From NCBI GenBank assembly GCA_000182565.2, contig KQ257453.1: DNA of 64,000 bases; one strand, given 5' to 3'. Position numbers and translations under genes: made by a program. Position 1 is the stretch's first letter. Each line of letters starts with the position of its first letter. Shown here one piece after another: positions 39,001-52,419 of this stretch. The stretch comes from Spizellomyces punctatus DAOM BR117 (lineage: Eukaryota). The notes beneath the pieces were generated by a model, which saw nothing but the letters and a program-made list of their open reading frames with translations, did no database searches and was not told the origin of the DNA.

Positions 39001-42000
39001 AAAATATCGTGTGGGCACATGTCAGCACGACAGCTCAGTCGAGTATGATAGTACGATAGTTCAAGGTACTTTCCAAACGAGTACTTCCACGTTTCCTCCG
39101 ACATTGGCACCACAGGAGTTACTTGGTTGCATATTTTGCAAAAGCTCCACATGAGTATCGTATCCTCCATCCCTTGCACAGGGGATGCAAATTCTTCTAT
39201 TACCACGTTGACTCGTCCTTGGCCGTGCGCATAACTGCGGAAATGCATCAACATCTTTCGATCGCACATCTTCGCCGGACATAGATAGTCTGAATTGCAG
39301 CACAGCTCCTCCAAGTACTGACCGAGCGTCATGTCCGTTCCACGGTAGTATTCTATTAAATGCTGCTCCGGAGCTTGACAGGGGATAGTGGTAGCTGCAC
39401 AAACGTTGGAGTACAGCACCATGATACTTTGATGACCAAATGGACTCAAGCTACTAGCATTCTCAAGAAGATTGTTGATGCCGGCTCTAGTCTCAATGGA
39501 CGACAGCCAGCCACTCGACTGGTCGAGAATCCCCAGAATGTACTCTCGCTCATCGACATCGATCGTTTCGCCATTGGAACCTATTTCCGATCCCTTCCCG
39601 CCATTCTGTTTGTTCTTTTCAGCGACATACTTCTTCTGGAGATGAGCTATGTGCTGCTCCTCCTCTTTTAAGCGAGTGAGCAGGTACGGTAGTGGAAACT
39701 TGACATGCGGTGAAGCGGAGAGAATGGTCTCCTCATATGGCTTGATCGCTCTGCTAAAAGGTGTGATTTCTGTAGTCTTTGAAGGGGATGGTTTGCAACC
39801 AATTGTATCTGATTCATCCGCACCCGTGGCATTCGAGGGACCCTGAAGGCTTTCAGGTTCAGCCACTGGTTCCATTGCAAACTGATCGCGAAAGAGGAAT
39901 GTCTCAAGCTTGAGGTTATACACCACGAATGCCATCAAGTCTGCGATCTGCTTGATCTTGCCTAAGGTTTCCATGTTGCCACCACGCAGCACAATTGTGC
40001 ATCCGAGCTCCTTAGGACACCCAGAAAAGTACATGTATGTCTTTCGATACCCTGGCATCTGGTCGTTCATGAAAGTTTTGGTGCTGAAGGTATCGCAGGT
40101 ACCCAATCGAGGCTCGAGCGCAAGCTTATCCATTGACGAGATAATATCGGCCTTCGTGCAACGGGCAATCGCTTCTATCACAGACGGTTTTACGTTGTAG
40201 GCGACCACCACATTAGCTTCTAATAAGAACTCCAATGCGAGTCGTGAAATAGTCTTTTCCACTAGCACAACGTCCGGTTTCAAAGCGACCACACGCGCCA
40301 CCAGATTCTTCAAGTGTTCCCGTTCCTGTGATAGGAGAGGCTCGAGAGAGAGAAATTGGTTCTCGACCCGCTGATATTCCAGAGCGAAAGTGAGCAGCAG
40401 AATCTTTGGGCGGAAGATTGTCCTCAACATCTTTTTATGTGCCACGTTCTTCGTGCAAACAACCCCGCAAACGTATTCACTGTCAGACGGGACCCCACCA
40501 GGAATCTTTTTAATCTTGACATAATGACGTATGTCAATGAAATCGCCCGCGCGAACTTCTGGTTGAATGTTGTCACACACTTTAAGCATGATCTTCATTA
40601 AGACATCTTCCCATCCGCTACTCAATGGAATCTCTGATTCCAAAAGAACTTGATCCAGGAGTTTTCGCATGTGCTGAAGAGACGCTGCGTTTAGCTCCAC
40701 ATTAGGAGGGCAAGATGCGGTGCGACGGTGCCGAGATACGCGACCATTATGTGCTGCTGCGTCCTCTAATGGCTGAATGGTCCCATCTGACGGCGTTACA
40801 AGCGTGGATTTACTGAGCTGACGACTGATTGCTCGAGCCGAAAACCTGGTGGGTCTTGGATGCCCACTAGAAATGCTTCGCCGCTTCAATTTATCTTTTG
40901 TAAACTCTATGCGCAGCTCGTCATTGCGGGATATGCGTCGCTGTGTCCTCCTCTTACGCTCTTTCACATCACCGTAATCCCATGTATCACTATCTTGGGC
41001 TGCTTGCAATGATTCTGTTCCAGTGACTCTGGTACTTGGAATGCTGATTGCCATAGCACCTGCGATGGTTGAGGGAAAATTGAGAAACGGACTGGTAGCC
41101 CAATCACCGGGGGTTCCATTTTCACTGTCCTCATCCGTCATATATGCGGCGATCTCAGGATCCAAGAAATTGTCGGCATTTGGATGCGCAACAGCATTCT
41201 TCGCTTCATCAGGAGCGCCACGAAAAGGCTCAACGGGCTTTGGCAGAGTTGGTGTTAATTCCTCAGACGTGGTAGTGCGGCGATTCTGAAATATAGATGA
41301 TCCAAGCATTTTCTTGAACCCTTCCAATGATGCATCTGGTGACGCTGAAAGAGCCCACCCTTTTGCAGGAAGATGTAAGCCAGCTAACGGAGTGGACCCG
41401 CTGCCACTTGGAGCTGGAGGTTTGTTCTCGGGTTGGGCATGCTGAGCTAACGAGCGTCTTCGTGATACGGGTAGTGGCAAATTCGCGGGAGCTGAGCTCG
41501 GGTGGTCATTCGGTGTAGTTGGATCGTCATGTCTGTAATCTTGCATGATCTTCATGCAGAAATTGCACACACGCCTTTGAACCACATTAGCCTTACTCCA
41601 TATCGGGTCGACTCACAAGCACTCTTACATTTCTCCGGGATAACCAAAGCGCTCTCCAGGAACTATCCAATGAGTCCACGGTTTGTCAGAAGGTGGAATT
41701 CGGTCGGCAAATAATAAGTAAAAAACTTACCAATCGACGATGCACATCTGTGGCAGAAAATTTGACCTGTACAAGGTGAGAGTTCGATCGCTTTATAGGT
41801 ACGTCCAGTGTAAGCAAACATACCACATATTCGGCAATGATGTTTCCGGCGGAAGGTCGTAAATGGCTGTTTACACTCGTAGCATTCCTTGACCTGATAC
41901 AATTGGATATTTTAATTTTAATTGGCAGCTCTACAGATGCTTAGTTTTTTCTACTACCTTATCATCTCTCATCCAATAGTCCTTGGTAATCCCGCTTGAA

Positions 42001-42494
42001 CCGATATTACGCATACGGCGTATAAGTTTCAGTGAGGATTTATTCTTCTCTACCTCTTCAGCATTTCCCGTGCCTCCATTTGCTGATTTATCCGCAACTT
42101 GGAACGATATCTGACTAGCAGTCTCCGAAACCTCACTATCCATAGACTCTACCGAGCCGGCAACAGAGACTTTGTCAGCATCAGCCAAGTAGCTTGAGGA
42201 GGCATGGTCGGCGCCGTGATCCCCTTTCCCTGGCACAGGAACTGCTGAGCTTGTTGCGTAGATAGATCCAGGTAGAGGTGATGTTGGACTCGGTTCATCG
42301 CTTGATCCGCCCGTCTGTGCGTTGAACGGTAGGGTACTAGCGGCCTCTGTGGCTCGACCTACCGCTCTCCACAGACCGGACAGAAAGCCCCGCTTTTGGC
42401 GTTCATTAGCTCCGGGTTCGAGGTTAAAAGACTCTAGACTAAAGTCACTTCCTGAGCGAGCGGACGACACGGATTGATTAGATCGCACACTCAT
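36010..42494 (-). CDS. FAB1: 1-phosphatidylinositol-3-phosphate 5-kinase Fab1/PIKfyve
   Basis: FYVE domain (YWMRD...[10 protein letters not shown]), CCT-like domain (VKIKKIPGG), Cys-rich region, and kinase motifs [19 protein letters not shown] and TFTWDKKLE. Last exon(s) and stop not resolved. Confidence 0.97.
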
Positions 42495-42897
42495 CGAGGC
42501 GATGTCCAGGACACATGTTTGGGTCCGTAAAGGTAGCGCTGCGACCGACCATTGCCCATTTGCTGTGGTGCTTCGGGCTTGCTCAGTGAGTCACCCTTAA
42601 CTAAGCAGTTGGCAGCGGCACAGTCATAAGCGCAATGTAACCTTTTATGGCAAGAAATTGGGGAAACAAAAAAAACACCTCACTGGAAGGTGCGACTTTC
42701 CTTCTGGTCTGTGCGATTTACATCGTTCCTTTTTCCAAATCCCAGTAGAAAAAGGTGGGTTGAACCTCTTTTAGAACGTGGGGAATGGGCATGGGAAGAT
42801 GGGAGCGGGGAAGGAAGTACAAGTCGCTGGTTGGCGAGATCGGCTTTGTGATGCCATGATCACTGATCACTCGGTCGTGTCTGCAGAACCTTCCAAC

Positions 42898-43512
42898 ATG
42901 GCCGACGAAGAGCACCACGAAGAGTTCGAACAAGCTGGGTCTGGTGCCTCCCTCACCTACCCCATGCAGGTACGCTGATCTTGGATCCTCGCTGGACCTT
43001 TCATCAAACTGACCTTGCTCAATTTCATATTACTTGTGTATAGTGCTCTGCATTGCGCAAGAACGGCCACGTTGTGATCAAGGGTCGCCCTTGCAAAATT
43101 GTGGACATGTCTACTTCCAAGACTGGAAAGCACGGTCACGCTAAGGTCCACTTGGTGGCCATTGACGTAGGTCCCGCCGGTTTACTCCTTTTGGATGTAG
43201 CTTGTGTTGATATTCTGCATCGGATAGATCTTCACTGGCAAGAAGCTCGAAGACATCTCACCCTCTACTCACAACATGGATGTGCCTAACGTCTCTAGGA
43301 CTGAGTTTCCTCTCCTGGACATTGATGACGGTTTCCTCTCTTTGATGCACGCTGATGGAAGTACCAAGGATGACGTGAAGCTTCCTGAGGGCGAACTCGG
43401 TGAAAAGATGCAGGCCGAGTTCCAAGACGGGAAGGAGCTCATTGTTACTGTTGTCGCTGCTATGGGCGAAGAGCAAGCCTTGTCTTACAAGGAAGCGCCT
43501 AAGGGTGGGTAG
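42898..43512 (+). CDS. HYP2: Translation factor eIF5A
   Basis: [13 protein letters not shown] and hypusine motif [12 protein letters not shown]. Two introns. Confidence 0.98.
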
Positions 43513-43886
43513 TGGTGCATTCTTTGGATTGTAAATTCCCTTTGTTAATCTGCTCTCCCAGGCAACTAAATCATGTAGCGTAATCGATTACTCCGTTTCC
43601 CTGTTCCGCAAAGTGTACAGCCTGGCCCCTTGGATAGGTCCCCTTGCCTGGGTTTTTGAAAAGGCACCATTTTTTTTATAAATTTTTTCTTTCTACTGTA
43701 TTCTTGCTCTTACCTGATGCGACACTTTACATGCGAATACCAAAGCATGCTGGGAATCATTCGTATCCGTGATTTTTTGATCGAAACGGCCCTGCTCTCC
43801 ATACCATCTGTGTCCAGACAGCAGCCTGTTTATTCTGTTTAAAGAAGTTGAATGGATGATACATTTCGGTTGCACATTATCAACTT

Positions 43887-43916
43887 TAGTGTAGAGGTGA
43901 CAGAAACTGGCACTAG
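43887..43916. repeat. Solo terminal inverted repeat identical to the omegaRNA-side end of the element at 60815-61561
   Basis: TAGTGTAGAGGTGACAGAAACTGGCACTAG is identical to 60815-60844 (30/30). No partner TIR seen nearby. Confidence 0.9.
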
Positions 43917-44215
43917 CAAGGCGCGTAACCGAGATAGCCTCCATAATCAACGACCGGACAAATCGTTTGGGCCCGCAAGAAATCTTGGCCTTTTCATTGC
44001 TATCGAGCTACCGTTTCAAGCGGTTTTCATTATTATTGTCCGCTGTGATGCATTTTGGGGGCAAGACTGAAGCGAAAGGGCTTTCCACAGACAAATGCAC
44101 GATCGGCGTGTTAACGTAATCAACCTTGCCCAATGGCACAGTCAAGTGTGAGCCAGAATACATGAACACCATTACCTCACTGTAGACTTTTCCGAAATCA
44201 GAGTGAATAGCAAAC

Positions 44216-46044
44216 ATGGCAGACCATCCTTTCCAAATCAAGCCCTCGATTGTGAGCATGCGCACCAGAAATCCTATAAGGGCCATTGGTGAGGCAATAT
44301 CGTGTCCCTAGTCGCATCGCCCGCTTGACGCTTTTCTAATTTTGTGATCTCAAAGTTGATAACCTCAAAGTGAAGCCCAACCCCGAAAAGGAATTCATCT
44401 CTCTTGCTTTGGGTGATCCAACGACTTTCGGAAACTTTAAGCTGCACGAATCCTGCTTGGATGCTGTAAAATCGCAATTAGAAAGTTACAAAGCGAATGG
44501 ATACCCACCATCGATAGGGTATGTATGAGCCCGTCCTTTATCGAGAGTTTGGCCAGAGGTGCATGTACATATTGACTGGATTGATCCACGACATTGTGCT
44601 ACGAAGGGATACTGGAGGGCGGTGAGCGGATGTGGCCGTCCCTGGGGGAGGTTGGGCCGCGATAGCGGGTATGATGTGGAGGTACGGTGGAGGTCGTATG
44701 GAAATGGCACGAATACAATCCTGGCCCCCCCCCCCCCCGGGGAATCGCGGAACTGAATGCAGCTCGTCTGACTTGCTGACATCTGATTTGGGTAGAACTG
44801 AACAAGCTCGTGCTGCGGTGGCTCAAGCTTATACTCACCCCCAGGCGCCTCTGACATCGGCAGATGTTATACTTGCTAGTGGGTATGTCGATCCCATACT
44901 TGCGTTTCCTTGCGATGGATTCTGCTTTCCTGACTCTTCGTAAATAGCTGCAGCGATGCCCTTAATCTGTGCATAGGCGCGTTGGCCAACGAAGGGCAGA
45001 ACATTTTGTTACCTGCTCCGGGATTTTCTTTATATGAGACACTAGCAAGCTCCAAAGGCATTGAATGTCGCTTCTACGATCTGCAAGTAGGTATAATGAT
45101 CAATTACACGTCCGAGCCGTCTGTTGACAGTTGTATTATAACATCAGCCACATCGTTCCTGGGAGATTGATCTGAATCACTTGGAGACCTTGGTTGATGA
45201 AAACACTGCTGCCATTTTGGTCAACAACCCGAGTAACCCGTGCGGTTCTGTCTACTCGAAACAACACTTGCTGGATATTCTTGCGGTTGCAGAGAAGCAT
45301 AGGCTACCTATCATTTCTGATGAAATATACGCGGACATGGCATTCACAGGACACGAATTCCTTCCCATCTCGACACTGACAACCACAGTTCCAATACTGA
45401 CTACTGGCGGTCTCGCAAAGAAGTATCTAGTGGTACGTAGTAACGGTTCTCTTAACGAACGACTTTGAGTGCATCCGCTTCAACCTTCTTTACGTCAGCC
45501 TGGCTGGCGGGTGGGCTGGGTTTTAGTTCATGACCGAAATGGAGCCCTTGAACAAATTCGAAAGGGGCTGATAAACCTCAGCCAGTTGATTCTCGGACCC
45601 AATTCACTGGTTCAGGCGGCACTACCGGATATCTTACAAGCCCCGAAATCTTTCTATGAACAAACTATGGAGCAGCTTGAAAGAAACGCCAATATCAGCG
45701 AGAAGCTTCTCACGGGCATTCCAGGACTGCGTCCAGTTTTTCCACAAGGCGCGATGTACTTAATGGTCCGTTTTGCGGGATTCTGAAGAAATCGGGTCCA
45801 ATTGATACTGACATGCTGCTTTATACAGGTTGAGATCGATACAAGCCGCTTTAAAAATATCAATGATGACTTGGATTTTGTCGAGAAGCTCGCGGAAGAG
45901 GAATCCGTCCTATGTCTTCCGGGCAAGTGTTTCCGTTGTAGAGGGAACTTCATTCGAATCGTTTTTACACCGCCAGTGGAAAAGTTAGATATCGCCTATT
46001 CGCGCATACGATCATTCTGCGAGAGGCACCTGGCTAGCTCTTGA
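44216..46044 (+). CDS. TAT: Tyrosine aminotransferase (class I PLP aminotransferase)
   Basis: [46 protein letters not shown] and LAKKYLVPGWRVGW across several exons. Confidence 0.95.
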
Positions 46045-46196
46045 ACAACATGTATGAAGAACCCAATAAGCTAGATATTACAGATTTGAATAACTAGACC
46101 ACGATCGATGACATAATCTCATTTATCCTAATTGGGACCAAGGTCTCAGAGGTTTTCCCACGTCTCCCTCTAGCAAGTACAGTATTTACAAGCAGC

Positions 46197-47255
46197 ATGA
46201 CAAGCAAGCACGGAAGTAGGACAGCAAAGAAACCACCACCCAAGAAGCAAAAGCTTCTTTCAGGTTGGGCAGTCTTTGCATTCGCAACGATACCATGAAC
46301 TCAAGCAAGTATTTTCAGAGCTCCTGACTGTCCCGCGGAATGCAAAGCAAAGAGCTTTGATGGAAACCGCCCAGGAAGAGAGTGATTATGAAGAGGAGGA
46401 GCCTCTTCCTGGAAAGGATGACAGTCAGAGGTCGGTTGCCTGTAGTCAGCAGGTTTGTCAGATATCCTGAATTCCTTTCAAAAGCAGTCAAGGATTGTCC
46501 GACCTGCTTGGACTTTTCCAAGGTATCGTCGCCCAAAGTTCTTTCCCATTGATTTGAGCGCTGCGTGTAAGATGTATTTTTTGTGAAGCTCAATTTAAGA
46601 AAAAGAATGCTCAGCGCACCAAAAAAGCCGAATCAGAGCACGATGCAAAGTTACAAATGACAGTGGAACAGGTATGTATTGAGAGCACGAATGAGCATTT
46701 GGTCCATTGGTTGTGAATTGAACCATCCTAGATGAAGAACTATATTGCAGAACGCGAGGAAGAAAGGTATCAATGATAACTACAAGTATATGAACGGATT
46801 TCGATGCAGAATTAATGCGAGCGGTCCAGAGATGACAAGATAGAAGGGCGAAAAAGAAAGTATGAAGAAACATGGGAACACCAAGGTTGATATACCGATT
46901 GCACGATGCCATTGATTTCAGATTTACCTTCTGATTGCTCATGGGCGCAGCTACCACGATGACCGCGTTCACGACAGACTACGAAAGAGTTCTCAAGGGT
47001 TGGGCAGCCATTATAGATCTGTTGGATACGCATCACACAGGCACATTTAAAGCCCGCCAAGAATTTCATATGGACATGGACGAGCAAAGTAAGCCATTCC
47101 CTAAACAGTCGCATGCTGACCTAACTGTAAACCGTATCAACCTGACAGCGAAATCTCATGCGGTGCAAGCGGCACATCAATTCACCATTATCCAGAAACA
47201 AATTCATGCAGCCAAGAAAGAAGCGCAAGAGCTAATCAAGGTGATCAATCTATGA
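46197..47255 (+). CDS. Hypothetical basic/coiled-coil protein, multi-exon
   Basis: NLS-like N-terminus (KKPPPKKQK), acidic patch and helical C-terminal exons with splice signals. Exon structure not fully resolved. Confidence 0.5.
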
Positions 47256-47642
47256 CCTACTAAAGATTGCAAATGGCGGCTCAGATTGGGTTACTACCAT
47301 AGGAATCATACGATACATCGCATATTAGAAAAGCGATCCAACTATTATTGAACGCGTAATGTCTTCCTATTGTGTCGTCTATTAGCGCAATTGCTGCCGG
47401 CGTATGCGGCAGCAACTTTCGCGTCTATTACGAGGGGATCCACGGATATAGGTAGCAGAGGCAACGCGGCGCGGCAGTCACTCCGGTTGCCGACTCTTCT
47501 TTCTGGCATGATCAGTGTCATAATAAAGCAAACCGCAAACTGACTGAATTCCTCACACGTTCCGTGCTGGCGGCGCGAGGCATTCATGCTTTAATAACTA
47601 GGAATCGCTACGGAATGTGATGGGCTCCAATGCAAGCTGATC

Positions 47643-48497
47643 TCAGAGCAATACACGGCAATCGCCAGATCTGTCCTTCAGACTAAATTCATTCTGAGGG
47701 GGGATCAACATGTTCTGCAAAAAATCGTAGCGCCTTCATGCGACTGCGTTAATCCTTCGCCATATTCTTATAAGACCCGAGACCCAACACACCTGGTGGG
47801 GACACTTGGAATATATGACAGATGCGTCATGCTGGCTGCGCACCCCTTCTTTCCACTTTACCGTCACACGCATCTTCAATGCCGAAGTAGCCGGCTCGAC
47901 GGCTTCAATGCACTCTACAAGATCATCCCACAACTCGGTCTCGTCTTCGTTTACCGATGACTTTTTCTCTGTCTCAGAGCCTTCGTCCTGCGGTGTACTC
48001 TTCTATGGAAAGTGAGGCCTTCATTCAAGTTGTCACATAGGCACATGTCACGTCCACCCCTCCTTACCACGTCCGTATGGGAAAGGGTATCGTTTGGACG
48101 TGGTTGTCGGGTCTTTTGCCAAAATTGGGCAATTGTATCGCGGCACTAGCCAAAATAATGTCTTGTTGAGTAAGGACAGGATCGACTAGGTCGCCAAGTG
48201 ACTTATATTGCAGCTACATTGTCCAGGTTCTCAACGTTCTCCCAGGTATTGTCGCTGGAAGGATAATTCTTCCATTTCACATGGTATTGGTGGTTGCCCT
48301 ACAAGAGAAGGTAGTCAATTATAGATACAAGATGTTACCAACCATGCCAGATCTCTTACGTTGTGAAATCTGTACTTGACAATACGTTCCACTTCATACA
48401 AGCTCTCTTCTTCGTCACCTTCTGACCCCGCCACGGAATCCTCTTCTGCGCTCTCCTCCTCTGAATAGCTGTCTTCGGGGTCCTTCTGTTTGGACAT
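47643..48497 (-). CDS. HP1/Swi6-like chromodomain plus chromo-shadow protein
   Basis: Acidic N-terminus; chromodomain YEVERIV...YHVKWKNYPSSDNTWENVENL; shadow-like WDDLVECIEAVE...VKWKEG...KCPHQALRFFAEHV. Confidence 0.85.
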
Positions 48498-48773
48498 GAT
48501 TGCGCGAGATTGTATGCAAGATGGAGAGGCCAGGAGCTTGCCAGAGATCTAGAGCGCAAGCCTCACCGTCACGTGTTGACGAGACCAGCGTCAGCATAGC
48601 GGAGTCTTCGTTCCCAGATGACTTACTTGATGTGATTATTTGGCGGCCCTGGTTGATGTTAGCGGTAATCCACCTTGTTTGGTTGGCCAGGCTGTGAACA
48701 TGGTAATGCAGTGTCGTTGCGGATACATATACATTAAAACTGTACACTATTATCACAAGAGAAGCTGAACACC

Positions 48774-49822
48774 TCATGCTTCGTGGGACACATATATAGG
48801 AGCCACCGCAGGTACGCCCTTCTTCACCCTCCTCCATATTTCAGAACGTGCGGAAGGTTTACTCCTCTTCTTCCCCCCATTCTGTGACGCAGGCAAAACG
48901 GTCAAGTTACCCGGTGCAATTACACCGCCCAGAGCGTTCGTCTGCGGTGCAAACGTCAGCTGCATATATAGGCGATAAGGGAAGTTGCCTTCAATTTTCC
49001 GTGCATTGGTCGTCACAAAAGATCGTAGAGCTTCTCCAACTCGCAATGTGTGTTGTCCGGTAGACGCATTGACGTTGTTGATCACAAATTGCGGATATTC
49101 TTCAAAGTAATCAGATGCGAAGAAAATTGATAGAAGAACTATGTCGACAATACAAGGTTATCTGACCGCATCGTAGCTTTGCTTTGCAGTGAATAAAATC
49201 ATACCATATCGCGGAAAGTTGGCACCCTTCTGATATGTCCAAGTAATGTTCAAGTTCTCCCCCACTCGGACCTGCTTGGGTTGGAAGTCCAAGTTTTCAA
49301 AGTAGGTGTATTTAACAACAGACGCCCGGATTTGCAATCAAGGGGGCAAAATGTCTGCTCGCTGTAGCCTTCAGGATTTCCGAGTCCGTCTGTGTCGTTG
49401 CCATAGGGCATTGACGTACTGAGGCTGGCATCATAGATGAATTCTGATGTTCTTTCTCAACGGCAGGATGATGGAACATACCATAAAGGTTGATTAGTAT
49501 AGTTCACCAGCCCGTATGGACCATACCGATACCAATCAAAGGGGGCCTCGATATTCGGCTCGGACAGCAAGTTTGTTCCAGCTGGACCCGTAATGGGCGT
49601 CTGTTGTCCTTCCACATCGATCAACGCATTGCGGGCATACACTTGCCATGAGAATACCCCACGAGAGGGTTTTCTGGGATCCTCGTCGAGTTCCCATGTA
49701 ATGTTGACTGATCTGCCCAGATATACATCGTTAGGCGAGCAGGAGACCTTGCGAAGCCGTGGAAGGCTGTTCACTGGGGTAGTGATCACGAAAAATGTCA
49801 AAAACAAAGCAAGTGCCAACAT
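48774..49822 (-). CDS. Hypothetical secreted protein
   Basis: Signal peptide MLALALFLTFFVITTPVNS followed by beta-rich exons with N-glycosylation sequons. 3' end approximate. Confidence 0.55.
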
Positions 49823-50373
49823 GCTGTTGAAAAATGAATTTGATAAGAAGAAACGCTAATGGAGTGCGTCCGTTTAAAGAATCTTTTGGACACTCTTTTT
49901 GAACTCGGACAACATTGCCCACAGTGGGCCATCTACATGAAGGCGCGCAACGCGACCATCGCCGTAAGCAACCCTCGATCAAGAAGAGGTCTTTTCGATG
50001 CTTTTGCACATGATGATGCAAGATCTACCTCTAGGGTACTACTAGCATGAGCTGCATGTACAGGAATACTCTTAAAATTGGTAGATACTCTTTTAAAACA
50101 TTGACTGGTTAGCGTCGATCCATTTCATCAACTTGTTGGAAGCTGGTAGTTATGCAGCCGACGCAAGCTATTCGTGCGCTGCAATGAAATTTCACCACCT
50201 ACTCTCTGAAAGAACACATCTCGAGAGGCCAGTATCCCAAAGTACGTCTTGAGGTGACCAAGCACAGGAGGGGGCAGAAAGTTGAAAACAGCCAAGATCT
50301 ATCCACGTGACCAACAAGTGTGCTCAAAAGGATGCTGAACTTTTCTATACCTGGTCATTGATAAAATAACGAC

Positions 50374-51498
50374 ATGTCCTCGTTCAAACGGCGCACGCCG
50401 ACCGCAAGTCCCATTATTCCAGGCGTCCGTCTCTCCCCTCACACGGGAACTCACCAAACCTCAACGGGCATTCCAAGTCTTGATTCCCTTCTCGCAGGTG
50501 GTCTCCCACTCGGCACCGTCACCCTCCTCCAGGAAGACCAGTTCACTCGATACGCACGACTAATAGCCTCCTACTTTGTTGCGCAAGGCATTGTTGCTGG
50601 CCATGCGGTTTGTTTTGCATCAGCTGAAGAGGGTATTGAAGAATTTATGGGCGGGTTGATGAGCGTTGTTGAAGGACCACAGCCAGTAGACGAAGAGGAG
50701 GCAGACACGCCGAAAACGGAAAGGGTGCTGGGTGGGTTAAGGGATGTGGATGGCGATAGGATGAGGATCGCATGGCGATACCAGAATTTGCCAATATTGA
50801 GTACGGACAAGCGAGGGGGCAGTAGCATGGCGAAGACGCCATATTGTGCGATATTTGATCTTACGAAACGCATGGATGAAGGATTGCTGAAGGGAACAAA
50901 GATGGCTTTTATCGATGTCTCTACTTGGAGTGCTGACGACGAAGAAGATGCAGAGCAACAAGATGCTTACGACAAACTTTACTGTCAAATAGAGACTCTA
51001 ATCACACAAGGCGGCTTCAGGTTCTCACCCACAAACCCACCGCAAACAGCACTCCGGATCTTCATACAATCACTGTCATCACCCCTCTGGCCTACTCCAA
51101 CGCACCACGCCCAACGTCTACACAGATTCTTGCATACCCTCCGTCCACTTCTTCGCGAATCTGCTGCAGTATGCCTAATTACTCTCCCCACGCCGTTTCC
51201 AATAGAGCTCGCCCCGCTCCATCACACATCGGATGGTGTACTTAGCCTGACCTCCTTTGCATCACATCCGAGTGTGTACGAAAGTATGTATAATGGTTTC
51301 CTCGACGTAATCAAAGTTCCCCGTGTGGGGTGCCTTGGGCAGGTGGATGAAGAGGTTGGGGCTTTAGGCTTTAGGGTGAGGAGAAAGAGATTTGAGATTG
51401 AGAGGGTTGGACTCCCACCAGAGGAGGAAGAGAAAGGACGAGGGGAGGTGAAAAAGGTAGGCTGTGGCAGCACAGGTAACAGTGTACTAGATTTTTGA
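50374..51498 (+). CDS. ELP4: Elongator complex subunit 4
   Basis: MSSFKRR, TSTGIPSLDSLLAGGLPLG, MRIAWRY, FDLTKR, LGFRVRRKRFEIE and C-terminal LDF. Intronless. Confidence 0.95.
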   Translation: MSSFKRRTPTASPIIPGVRLSPHTGTHQTSTGIPSLDSLLAGGLPLGTVTLLQEDQFTRYARLIASYFVAQGIVAGHAVCFASAEEGIEEFMGGLMSVVEGPQPVDEEEADTPKTERVLGGLRDVDGDRMRIAWRYQNLPILSTDKRGGSSMAKTPYCAIFDLTKRMDEGLLKGTKMAFIDVSTWSADDEEDAEQQDAYDKLYCQIETLITQGGFRFSPTNPPQTALRIFIQSLSSPLWPTPTHHAQRLHRFLHTLRPLLRESAAVCLITLPTPFPIELAPLHHTSDGVLSLTSFASHPSVYESMYNGFLDVIKVPRVGCLGQVDEEVGALGFRVRRKRFEIERVGLPPEEEEKGRGEVKKVGCGSTGNSVLDF

Positions 51499-51638
51499 GC
51501 CCAACAGGCTGAGACGATTATCAGCCCCATACGAGGGCTCGCCACAACAAGCAAGTGCATCTAGCTCCGATGGTGCACACCCAACCCCTCAAATGTACAA
51601 TAGCATGTTGATATGTCACATATAAATAAATTCTAATA

Positions 51639-52045
51639 TCAATCGACAGAAACACCTCTTGCCCGTAAATCTGTCCTGGCGTTTTGAATATCCTATCGGC
51701 CCAAAAGTCGTTCAGCGTCTATCAATCTGACTCAAGAATGCACAAACCCTCAAAACAAACCTTCAACAAGCTCGCGTGCGCATCTGGACTCTCGCCTACG
51801 TGCCTAGACTCCACCCGATATTTGCCAGCAAGGATGCACCAAATGTCACGAGAGGCCAGAGGGCAGCTATCCAACCATCGGCTTAGACGAGCGATCGAAC
51901 GAACGCTACAGTGGACAATTCAGCTTACCACTGGTATAATCCTATCGTATGGGTGAGTGGTTGCTAGTGACGGGTGAAAGAGGGCCAGCAGCCAGGTCAC
52001 GGCGGACACAGTAAAGAGCGTCAGGAAACGTGTTGCCCGGGACAT
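51639..52045 (-). CDS. DPM3: Dolichol-phosphate mannosyltransferase subunit 3
   Basis: Manual splice gives MSRATRFL...IIPV|LPLWPLVTFG...PDAHASLLK|DIQNARTDLRARGVSVD*. Confidence 0.9.
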
Positions 52046-52419
52046 GAGGAAGAATGGGGAAGCAAAAGTACACGCAAGTAGGTGAAGGCTCGCGTTTTGG
52101 GAACACGTCTGTTGCTGACTCACGTGATGCTACTGGCAGATGCAGCCAGGACAACCTTTCAACCTTCTTTGCGATTTGACATATATCGGTGAGTCCTTGC
52201 TGGAACATTGTAAGAAGATCCTTGAAATTTGCTGGCGTCTACATTCGTGCCCGCACCCAGATGCACAAACAGGATACCGCGCATACAGGTAGTTTGGCGG
52301 TCGGGCATCAATGTGAAGACAAAGCACGGCCATACATCTTATTGAATTACTTCCTGTGTACCAGCCAACCCACTTCCAATCTAAAACTTGTAAAGTATTT
52401 ACAGCTATAATGCTTAACG

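Noticed and set aside
37675-41714. Many plus-strand ORFs overlapping FAB1 (similar cases in UTP10 and SRP101)
   Set aside because: These are antisense shadows of long coding exons with no recognisable motifs.
44216-44800. TAT looked 5'-truncated, as if disrupted by an insertion starting at the 43887 repeat
   Set aside because: Intact N-terminal exons were found from ATG 44216; the gap is a long intron.
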